Source: an uncultured archaeon
GTDB lineage: Archaea > Asgardarchaeota > Lokiarchaeia > Sigyniarchaeales > SOKP01
Length of the DNA stretch: 19,929 nt
Reading direction: 5' to 3'
NCBI GenBank assembly: GCA_964583985.1
Contig: CAZOYD010000063.1
Span: forward strand, 1 to 19,929
Both the position numbers and the translations under genes were made by a program. This document shows positions 8,898 through 16,429 of the stretch, piece after piece; position 1 is the stretch's first letter; every line of letters begins with the position of its first letter. The notes beneath the pieces are model-generated. The model saw only the letters and a program-made list of their open reading frames with translations, ran no database searches and had not been told where the DNA came from.

Positions 8898-9995
8898 ATG
8901 AGTCAAGTTGAAGAACAAAATTTCGTCGTAGGGATCTTTGGAGATAATTTCGAACTAAGGCAACTCATAGGACAATCCTTAGGTGCTCCGGGTACAAAAA
9001 GCGATCTGCTTTTTTTTAATCGCTTAGATATAGCATTAAATCACGTGTTTTGTGCCATAACCCCTGTTGATTATCCTGACAAAATTAAGCCATTTTTACA
9101 AGCATTATCTATTTCGAACATCCATATATTAGTAATCGACCTCGAAAACGGCTTGAATGCCACCATAGGGGAAATTCTCGTTGGTCTGGATTTATATCAC
9201 AGTTTATTTAACACTAAAGTTTTAGCTGTTATAGATAACATCAATTCCAAGACGGAGTGGAAATTAGCTGAAATCAAAGCAAAACTTACGACCATCCTAA
9301 AAACAACAAGTCTAAATGATACGGAAATCATCGAAATTAGGCATAAAGAAGATTATGCCAAGTTGAAAATGAAGATTGTTGAATTAGGCTCAGAGATAAA
9401 AGAACCCCCTTCTATAAATAATGTCAAAACTAAAGTGTTAATAGACCATGCTTTTCCTGTGAAAGGAATCGGAACTGTAATATTAGGTGTAGTTAAAGAA
9501 GGAACTATTTCTGCAGGGCAAATGGTAGAGATCGTCGGGTATGAGGACATGAATAGGAAAGTTATAATTAGGAGCATTCAAAAACAGGATAGGGTGTTTA
9601 AAACTGCCCAAGTTGGAGATAGAGTGGGATTAGCTCTTAAAGGAAACATTTCACCCGAGGATGTAGACCGTGGCAATCTAATCGCAAGTCAAGGGATGTT
9701 TGTGAACGAAAAAAAAATAAATGCCATCGTCCAAGTTAATAAATTTTATGTTCCTAACGGAGGTACTGTAAAACCTTCTGATGGGATTCAATATTTTGGA
9801 ATGGTAGACCTTAAAATGTCTCCATTAAAATTCGAATCAGGAGAAGAAATTAAACCCGGAGCGTCAGGAAATGTCGTGCTTCACTTTGAAAAAAAGCTTT
9901 ATCATGATGGAACGGGTCTTAAAGGTATTATTACAGAACTTAATAAATTTAATGGTAAATTAAGAATCCTTGGATTTTTCCATCAAGTAATGTAG
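8898..9995 (+). CDS. Archaeal SelB-like translation factor (aSelBL) with degenerate G domain
   Basis: EF-Tu/SelB domain II signature IDHAFPVKGIGTVILG...IRSIQ...GDRVGLALKG. The N-terminus is shortened, lacks an intact GxxxxGKT P-loop and has GAPGTKSD and YPDKIKP, as in aSelBL. Confidence 0.82.
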   Translation: MSQVEEQNFVVGIFGDNFELRQLIGQSLGAPGTKSDLLFFNRLDIALNHVFCAITPVDYPDKIKPFLQALSISNIHILVIDLENGLNATIGEILVGLDLYHSLFNTKVLAVIDNINSKTEWKLAEIKAKLTTILKTTSLNDTEIIEIRHKEDYAKLKMKIVELGSEIKEPPSINNVKTKVLIDHAFPVKGIGTVILGVVKEGTISAGQMVEIVGYEDMNRKVIIRSIQKQDRVFKTAQVGDRVGLALKGNISPEDVDRGNLIASQGMFVNEKKINAIVQVNKFYVPNGGTVKPSDGIQYFGMVDLKMSPLKFESGEEIKPGASGNVVLHFEKKLYHDGTGLKGIITELNKFNGKLRILGFFHQVM

Positions 9996-10013
9996 ATAGA
10001 TTTATGAATTTGA

Positions 10014-10937
10014 TTAGCTCGAATAAGATCTTAGTAAATTTAGTACAATTTGATTCACCAATTTCTCTATGACTTCTTTATTAAAAGTTTGAGAAGCACA
10101 AACTAACGAGTCAAGGTTTTTTAATTTTATGAATAATTTCTTTTGGATCATTCTTAAAAATTTATCTTGTAAATAGATCAAATAAGGTTCTCCATCTTTA
10201 TATTCTTGAGCTTTGTCGACTTTTGTAATGTGATAATATATCCTGTAGGATTCATAGATCAAGTTTACATCAAAATCCTTAGTTTTTGATTGTACGATTA
10301 TATTTTTATTCTTATCTGTCAAAAAGCATATAGACTCTGAATAAAGTTCGAGATTTCGATCCAGAATCTCTTTCAATACAAGAGTTTCTTTTGAGAGGCT
10401 ACTTAATATTTGTGATATTGCGTCTTGAAGGCTATATAAATAATTCTCTGCAATACTGGTAAAATAGATATCTGGTTTTACAGGAAGATTGATAATATTT
10501 TGAATTTGAAGCGTGAATATCCTTAGATTATTTCTTATTTCCTCGGGAATCAAATCAATTTTATGAAATAAAACTATAAATTTCGGATTTTGACCATCAC
10601 TTGTTGCAATCTTATAGATCTCACTGATTTCATCGCTAATTTCTAATGAAAAGTTATGCCAGAGATTATAATCTAGTATGTATATTACCGCATCAACACT
10701 CCTAAAAACATATAGGGTTTCTTTTTCATCTATTATTAGATTAGCTAGTTCTTGACCGGATGTATCAAATATAGTTAATTCTAAATCTAACCATAAATAA
10801 TTATGAGTTTCTATTCCTCGAGTAGGCTGAAGAGCAGTTCCTAACATGGTTTTAGGATCCATTCCTTCGAAAATTATGTCCTTTACGGTAGTCTTGCCTA
10901 CTCCCGCCCTACCTAAAAAAAGCAATTTTTTAGCCAT
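10014..10937 (-). CDS. Rag/Gtr1-like small GTPase with C-terminal roadblock-like domain
   Basis: G1 GRAGVGKT, G2 PTRG, G3 DTSGQ, and the Rag-diagnostic G4 HKID and G5 TSI. A ~120-aa C-terminal alpha/beta region (ICFLTDKNKNIIV) resembles roadblock. Confidence 0.88.
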   Translation of the reverse strand: MAKKLLFLGRAGVGKTTVKDIIFEGMDPKTMLGTALQPTRGIETHNYLWLDLELTIFDTSGQELANLIIDEKETLYVFRSVDAVIYILDYNLWHNFSLEISDEISEIYKIATSDGQNPKFIVLFHKIDLIPEEIRNNLRIFTLQIQNIINLPVKPDIYFTSIAENYLYSLQDAISQILSSLSKETLVLKEILDRNLELYSESICFLTDKNKNIIVQSKTKDFDVNLIYESYRIYYHITKVDKAQEYKDGEPYLIYLQDKFLRMIQKKLFIKLKNLDSLVCASQTFNKEVIEKLVNQIVLNLLRSYSS

Positions 10938-11174
10938 GATGAATTACTTCCTTCAAATTATCATTTTTAATGATGAAAGAAATATCGAAAAACTATCCAA
11001 TACAATAGTCATTTTTCTCTTATTTAAATTTAAATAGTAGAATGCTAAAGTTTCTCTCTTAATGAAATTTAGACAATAGTTAATTTCTATCTTTTTTTTG
11101 CCTGAAAGAATATTAAATTAGTAGATTATCTTTAAATTATATATATAATAGAATAAATCTCTACTCACGCAGAG

Positions 11175-11226
11175 TATTTCATCAAATAAACCTCCACAGT
11201 GGTTTTTTTATTTGAATCATTAAATA
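11175..11226 (-). promoter_or_regulatory. Putative eukaryote/Lokiarchaeota-type SECIS element in the 3' UTR
   Basis: Minus strand reads UAUU-UA-AUGA-U-UCAAAUAAA-AAAA-CCACUGUGGAGG-UUUAUUUGA-U-GA-AAUA. It shows an AUGA/GA core, a U.U pair, a perfect 9-bp stem, unpaired apical adenines, a possible CCA/UGG mini-stem and a short lower helix UAUU/AAUA. AUGA begins 13 nt after the TAA of a gene with an in-frame TGA. Confidence 0.72.
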
Positions 11227-11233
11227 AGATTTA

Positions 11234-12160
11234 TTATTCATTGCAATCAATTGATTCAAACGAATTTATTTTGATGAAGGCTTCCTCTTGTTTATTTCGT
11301 TGTTCTGATTTAACAGATCTATTCACTTGTGATAAATATTTCATCGCATTAGTTTTCCCATTAATTATATTCTCAATTAATTCTTCTTTACTGAGACCTC
11401 CAGAGATGACAAGAGCGGTTTGAAAAGACTGATCCGGTTCTAAAGTTTTGAATTTAATTTGTAACGCAGATAAAATTTCTCCTGGTTTGCCATAAAGTGT
11501 ATTTGAAAGATTTAATTTTTCAGTATTAATATTAAAATCCTTAGTTAGACACGTTTCATAATTCGTTGATTTGGAGATAGGAGAAAATCCCGCATGAAGT
11601 CCAGTATCGTCAAATTGATATAACACATCGTGTTCTTCATCATAACCGGAAGAATCATTATCGAACCCATCCAATCCATTGATATCGAAATCAAATACGA
11701 AATACATCGAAAATTCTGTTAAATTATAGTCAGAAATGTTTTTTAAGGTAAAGAATGTGTTTATGTAAGGTATTTTTGGTTTATTAAAGATATCGATATA
11801 AAGTCTAATCAGAGAATGTTCTTTCTTAAACTCTTGTTTAAGTATTTTTTTTTCACTCATCAATTTCTTCAAGTATTCCTTAATGTCAAAATCAAGGGTG
11901 ATTCTATTAATAAAAGTGCCAATTCGAGTGTTAACCATTTTGTAGATAGGTGTAGGTTCGATATTTTTTAGAACCACTGGAATTGTCCCGATATTTTTAC
12001 CAATTAATTTAAAACTAAACCAAGGACCAGCCATTTCTTGTTCTGTTAAATAGAGTATGTATTTGTTCATGTATGTTATTTCTTTAATTGAAAACCCCAT
12101 CAAATATCCAGCAGTATTTCAAGTTGCTAAAATTTCGTTGAAACTAACCTTTAATACTAT
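11234..12160 (-). CDS. Hypothetical beta-rich protein; candidate selenoprotein (in-frame TGA at 12121-12119; ORF-track version is 11234..12103)
   Basis: The 289-aa ORF is solid. The frame continues upstream as (I/M)VLKVSFNEILAT-TGA-NTAGYLMGFS to an ATA at 12160, which lies 9 nt downstream of SD AGGAGGT. A SECIS-like hairpin follows the stop. The extended protein would be 308 aa. Confidence 0.7.
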
Positions 12161-12169
12161 TTTTAAAAG

Positions 12170-12177
12170 ACCTCCTT
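12170..12177 (-). promoter_or_regulatory. Strong Shine-Dalgarno sequence (AAGGAGGT)
   Basis: Plus-strand acctcctt. It is spaced for a start at about 12160, not for the TTG/ATG at 12103/12100. Confidence 0.7.
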
Positions 12178-12275
12178 AAATTGTATTTTATGAATTAATA
12201 ATAAATGATGATATTTGATAATAATTAATAAAACCCTAAAAAAACATTTGGGTTAATTTTAAAAAACTAAATGGT

Positions 12276-13253
12276 CTAAACCTTTTCAATGAATCGATAA
12301 GCTATGTATAAGAAGGCTTCGTTGACATTTTCTCCACTTTTTGCACTTGTCATAATAAAATGAAATCCATACCGTTTTGCGATGTTTTTAATATCCTCTT
12401 CTGATGATACAATCTCATCTTTTAAATCGGATTTATTTGCTACTATTACCATGGGAATGTTTGAAGGTACAGCCTTTTTAATGTCATCATACCAATTATC
12501 AATACTCACGAGATTATTAAGTCTAGTTCGATCGACGACAATAAAAGCACCACTTGCTCCTTCATAAAATCTCTTGCGATATGGACTCATTGCGATTGAT
12601 TGGCCTCCAATATCCCAAATTACAAAATTTAAGGTCGTTTCTTCTCCCATAACAATGGTTTTTTTAGTTATATCAACTCCAATGGTGCTAATGTAAGTAT
12701 CGGTAAAATTATTTTCAACAAATCGTTTGATGAGTGAAGTTTTTCCTACTTGATAATCACCAGTTAAAATAATTTTCGAAGTGAAAATTCCTTTAGGTAA
12801 TTTACCCCCTCGAGTTTTGGATAAAACCTTAATAATTTCAGGAATTTCTATAGAGATGCTTTCATGACCCTCTAAAAGCAATTCTATTTTCCCTGCAATA
12901 TGCTCTGAAAACACTCTCAGTTCAATATCTGGGGTATTTGGATCTGCAATGGTAGTTAAAATTGAATGAGGCCCCATACTACAATAGGCAAACTTCTTAT
13001 CGGCCATGGAGGTAACATTAAAAAAGTTATTTTGTGTTTGGTATTCCGTCTTAATTCTATCAATGTAGATATCTAAAAATGCTGAAATAGCTCCTATAAC
13101 TAAATCTGTATCTTGTTCATCCTTCATTTTACTCTCAGATGCGATGATAAATCCATCTCGGTCACATATAGCAACCGCAGCAGCTCCATCAACATTAAAC
13201 ATATAATTCTCAAGTATTTTTTTTAAAAGATCGATATTTGGGAGATTCTCCAC
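12276..13253 (-). CDS. Roadblock/LC7-like domain fused to a Rab-like small GTPase
   Basis: N-terminal NVDGAAAVAICDRDGFIIAS roadblock signature. The C-terminal GTPase has G1 GDYQVGKTS, switch I YISTIGVD, G3 WDIGGQ, RFYEGA, G4 NKSD and G5 TSAK. GTG start with a GAGGG SD. Confidence 0.92.
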   Translation of the reverse strand: MENLPNIDLLKKILENYMFNVDGAAAVAICDRDGFIIASESKMKDEQDTDLVIGAISAFLDIYIDRIKTEYQTQNNFFNVTSMADKKFAYCSMGPHSILTTIADPNTPDIELRVFSEHIAGKIELLLEGHESISIEIPEIIKVLSKTRGGKLPKGIFTSKIILTGDYQVGKTSLIKRFVENNFTDTYISTIGVDITKKTIVMGEETTLNFVIWDIGGQSIAMSPYRKRFYEGASGAFIVVDRTRLNNLVSIDNWYDDIKKAVPSNIPMVIVANKSDLKDEIVSSEEDIKNIAKRYGFHFIMTSAKSGENVNEAFLYIAYRFIEKV

Positions 13254-13408
13254 TTAAAACCCTCTTATTTTGAATGATATGAGTCAAATTATACTTAAAA
13301 TAATATAAAAAATACTATTAGAAAAATGTTAGGATCGGTTTATTTCAATCCACTCATTATCCCCATAACATACATGTTTTTATCAATGCTTCCTATATTT
13401 AAAGCAAG

Positions 13409-13555
13409 ATGGAAATTAACGATAAAAAACAAGAAGAAAATATTGTGAAGATTTTAGACCGAATGACAATTCTCTTCAAACAAGTTGGTTTGGATGATTT
13501 ATTAGAAAAGAGCGAAAATGTTTTAAAAAAATATCATAAATCCAAAATGAAATAA
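13409..13555 (+). CDS. Small hypothetical protein A (48 aa; below the ORF-track cutoff)
   Basis: MEINDKKQEENIVKILDRMTILFKQVGLDDLLEKSENVLKKYHKSKMK*. Aligns without gaps to the next small ORF. Confidence 0.75.
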   Translation: MEINDKKQEENIVKILDRMTILFKQVGLDDLLEKSENVLKKYHKSKMK

Positions 13556-13662
13556 ACTTCAATGTTAATATCCTAATAATATCTGAAATACCATTCAGAT
13601 GTCTTAAAAATCGCATCTTCATAATACTCTCTTTTAAATTACTATTTAATTGAGATTTTACT

Positions 13663-13824
13663 ATGATTGAAGAATTAAAATTACCAACTGCTGAAGATAA
13701 TAAAATCGAAGAAATTCTTACAAGGGCCGTATCTTTATTTAAAAGAACGGGTCTTTCGGATTTAGCCGAGAAATGGGATAAGATATTAAGAACGTATACG
13801 ACTAAAAAATTAGCGGAGTTCTAA
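13663..13824 (+). CDS. Small hypothetical protein B (53 aa), paralog of A
   Basis: MIEELKLPTAEDNKIEEILTRAVSLFKRTGLSDLAEKWDKILRTYTTKKLAEF*. TATA-like TTTTAAAT at 13632-13639 (-31 to -24). Its stop lies 1 nt from the convergent methyltransferase stop. Confidence 0.78.
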   Translation: MIEELKLPTAEDNKIEEILTRAVSLFKRTGLSDLAEKWDKILRTYTTKKLAEF

Positions 13825-13825
13825 A

Positions 13826-15706
13826 TTAAGAAACCTTAAATTCTTGAGAAATATATCTCCGTTTCTCCTCTGAAATCTCATATAGATCAAACACGAGAGA
13901 GTTTATTTGGTTTTCTGAATTTATTAGATCGTCCGGATTCATTAATATTTTTTTAACTAAACTGATTATTTCTCTTGAACACTTTTTTTCATGCTCAGTT
14001 TGAGGAACTTTAATTGGTAAATTCTTTATTTTTTCAATAAGAATTCTGGGAAACAGTTTCTTGTAGGAACTAAAAGTCTTACAATAATAATAAGAAAGTA
14101 AATGAGAATTTATTAGACCCAACAAATAATAGTTATTGAATTCTTTAATATCTGACTTAAGAATTCTTAAATTATAGAAAGATTGCGATGTAAGTAAATT
14201 GGAATCGTATGTGGCACAAATTAACTTATTTTGGTTCAATTGCCTAATGATAATTCGGTCTTTATATAAACGGTTATTTTTATAATTAATTCCATTCTTT
14301 TTAATGTTAATATATTTAATTTCATTAACTTTATACCTATTCATACTAAATAGAAATTTCTGATAATCTAATCCTCCTTCAAGGGGGATCTCATCTGTTA
14401 TAATTGTTTCTAAAGACTCAAGATTTATGAGATTTCTACAAACTGGGCAAATCAATTCTTTTTTAGGAATGGGGAAATATTTTTGACAGACTTGACAATA
14501 CACGATTTTCCCCCCCTTCCCAAGCTCAATTCCTCTACTTAAAATAATGTGATAACTTGCATCATTCATCAAGTTTCCAAGTTTTGGGAAATTTTCGTTT
14601 AAATGATCTATAATCTTCACATCAATAGCATTCAGATATATTTGGAACTTAAAGTCAAATTTCTCAATTAATTTTTGATTTAATTCCCTCGTAGAATGAC
14701 GATCCCCATTCATCTCTTTAATGCTAATGAGATTCTCCATTCTTTTATTACCATCTTTCTCTTTTTTGAGGATTAATATCACATTAGAAACAACGGGATC
14801 TTCGAATTGAGAACCCACAATGCATATTTCTCTTATTTTTGAATGCTCATATACATACTTCCGTATGATTCTCCTATTAGAAAGTGCTAATATTGAATCA
14901 GGAATAATGTAGCCAAGTGAACCGTGGTCTTTTAAGATATTTAGCCCTATTTCAATAAAGATTTGATAATAATCGTATTGACCAATATTGGTTTCCAAAT
15001 TACTCTTTTCGATCATTTGTCTATGTTGTCGAGTTATATCTCTAATAAATAAATATGGTGGATTTCCAACTATATAATCATATTCTTCTTCATTAGAAAG
15101 GCTTAATGCATTGATGTTCTTAATATTAAAGCATTCTAATTGATAATTTGGCTCTTTTTCATAGATTACTCTTATTATGTCAAATACAGAAAGAAATAAG
15201 TTTAATTGACAGAGGATACAGGCAATTGGATTTAAATCTATGCCAAAAATATTGTTTCTAATTTCAGCCAAAATTTTTTTAACGGTTTCTATAGAAATAT
15301 CTTTTAATTCTTGATTTTGGTAAGAAATTAAGAGGGATTTCTTAAGGGTTTTCGAAGATACAATTAAAAAACTCCCAGCTCCACAACTAATATCAATTAT
15401 TTTTTTATGTCGAATTATATTATTATATGTATATCCAATACTTTCTAAGATATGATTCACGATGACTCTCGGGGTATAAAATTCTCCAAAATTCTTTCGG
15501 TATTCAAGGTCCACGGTCTTTTCATAAATATCTCCGATTAAATCAATATGATTTGGAGTTGAGTCATCAAATTCTGTGTTCATTATTTTATTGAACACTA
15601 GTAAGAGTAAATCTTCTTGATTTTCACTAAGAGATGTGATGTCATATAAATCTTTTAATATTGAGAATAACCCTTTTTCCCTGATAAAATCATTAAATGT
15701 AATCAT
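13826..15706 (-). CDS. N6-adenine DNA methyltransferase, gamma class (Eco57I/TaqI-like with C-terminal TRD)
   Basis: GEFYTP, motif I DISCGAGSFL, FGIDLNP, motif IV IVGNPPY, GYIIPDS and a TaqI_C-like region (RIIIRQ...YLLGLINS...IKNLPI). Confidence 0.92.
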   Translation of the reverse strand: MITFNDFIREKGLFSILKDLYDITSLSENQEDLLLLVFNKIMNTEFDDSTPNHIDLIGDIYEKTVDLEYRKNFGEFYTPRVIVNHILESIGYTYNNIIRHKKIIDISCGAGSFLIVSSKTLKKSLLISYQNQELKDISIETVKKILAEIRNNIFGIDLNPIACILCQLNLFLSVFDIIRVIYEKEPNYQLECFNIKNINALSLSNEEEYDYIVGNPPYLFIRDITRQHRQMIEKSNLETNIGQYDYYQIFIEIGLNILKDHGSLGYIIPDSILALSNRRIIRKYVYEHSKIREICIVGSQFEDPVVSNVILILKKEKDGNKRMENLISIKEMNGDRHSTRELNQKLIEKFDFKFQIYLNAIDVKIIDHLNENFPKLGNLMNDASYHIILSRGIELGKGGKIVYCQVCQKYFPIPKKELICPVCRNLINLESLETIITDEIPLEGGLDYQKFLFSMNRYKVNEIKYINIKKNGINYKNNRLYKDRIIIRQLNQNKLICATYDSNLLTSQSFYNLRILKSDIKEFNNYYLLGLINSHLLSYYYCKTFSSYKKLFPRILIEKIKNLPIKVPQTEHEKKCSREIISLVKKILMNPDDLINSENQINSLVFDLYEISEEKRRYISQEFKVS

Positions 15707-15791
15707 ATCAATTTGATAAAATCAAAATATTAAACGTTTTATTAATTATAACTATGTAGATGCTATATAATTGATCTTATTAAGTGGTGTA

Positions 15792-16301
15792 ATGATGGAG
15801 ATTGCCAAAAAAGATACTTTGAATTTAACAGAAAGAAAAGCTGTTAATGAAATTTGTTTCAAACCTATTGGTATAATACATACTCCTTTTAAGACGTTAA
15901 AGGGGATTCCAATTCAATCAAGCATGTCAGACGTTGAAGGAAGCATTGAGATCTTTCCTGAATATAAAGCGGGTTTGCAAGATTTAGATGGATTTTCACA
16001 TATCTATTGCTTATATTTCTTTGATATGGTAAAACTGCCAGTACCTCTTCAATCTAAACCATTTTTAATCGATAAAAAAATAGGAGTATTTGCCATGAGA
16101 ACCCCATTTCGTCCAAATAGGATAGGACTTTCGATTTTACAAATGTTATCTTTGGAGGATAACCAGATCCATGTAAAAAATGTCGATATATTAGATAAGA
16201 CTTATATATTAGATATTAAACCTTACATCTCTGAATTTGATTGCCATAAGGTGGAAAGGATTGGATGGTTACAAGATAATATAAAAAATAAGCTCAGCTA
16301 A
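15792..16301 (+). CDS. tsaA: tRNA t6A37 N6-methyltransferase TrmO/TsaA (single-domain archaeal type)
   Basis: FKPIGIIHTPF, GLQDLDGFSH, GVFAMRTPFRPNRIGLS and ILDIKPY. The start is more likely ATG 15792 or 15795 (after GGTG) than TTG 15771. Confidence 0.92.
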   Translation: MMEIAKKDTLNLTERKAVNEICFKPIGIIHTPFKTLKGIPIQSSMSDVEGSIEIFPEYKAGLQDLDGFSHIYCLYFFDMVKLPVPLQSKPFLIDKKIGVFAMRTPFRPNRIGLSILQMLSLEDNQIHVKNVDILDKTYILDIKPYISEFDCHKVERIGWLQDNIKNKLS

Positions 16302-16429
16302 ACCAAATGAAAAAATGCATTTTAAATTTAAAGGTCATTATATATCAAATTAATATTTATATGAAGTCGTTTAATATCATTATTGATATAGAATATTCAA
16401 TTAAAAATCTCCTAAGATGATCACTTAGA

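Noticed and set aside
8898-9995. Calling this the true Sec elongation factor SelB/EFsec or EF-1alpha
   Set aside because: It has no intact G1 (GHxDxGKT) or NKxD motif and is too short to include the SelB C-terminal domain. It fits aSelBL.
11131-11152. AT-alternating run (ttatatatataa) upstream of the Rag gene as a special repeat
   Set aside because: It is low-complexity AT sequence. It could be a TATA element but cannot be distinguished from background.
12119-12121. Genome-wide TGA=Trp (code 4) or TGA=Gly (code 25) reassignment
   Set aside because: All long genes, up to 932 aa, translate fully under the standard code with many TGG Trp codons and no internal TGA. Only one gene shows an in-frame TGA, and it has a SECIS-like element.
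548-12567. Short ORF-track entries overlapping larger genes (548..844, 3200..3385, 5895..6134, 6726..7082, 7613..7795, 7905..8790 set, 9353..9577, 10846..11037, 11199..11423, 12382..12567)
   Set aside because: They are antisense or alternate-frame shadows of well-supported genes and have no recognisable motifs.
12276-13253. Prenylation link between the Rab-like GTPase and the isoprenoid operon
   Set aside because: The GTPase ends in RFIEKV with no C-terminal Cys motif, and no protein prenyltransferase gene is present.
13826-15706. Complete restriction-modification or BREX/DISARM defence system
   Set aside because: No endonuclease, helicase or other defence gene is adjacent. The neighbours are tsaA and two microproteins.
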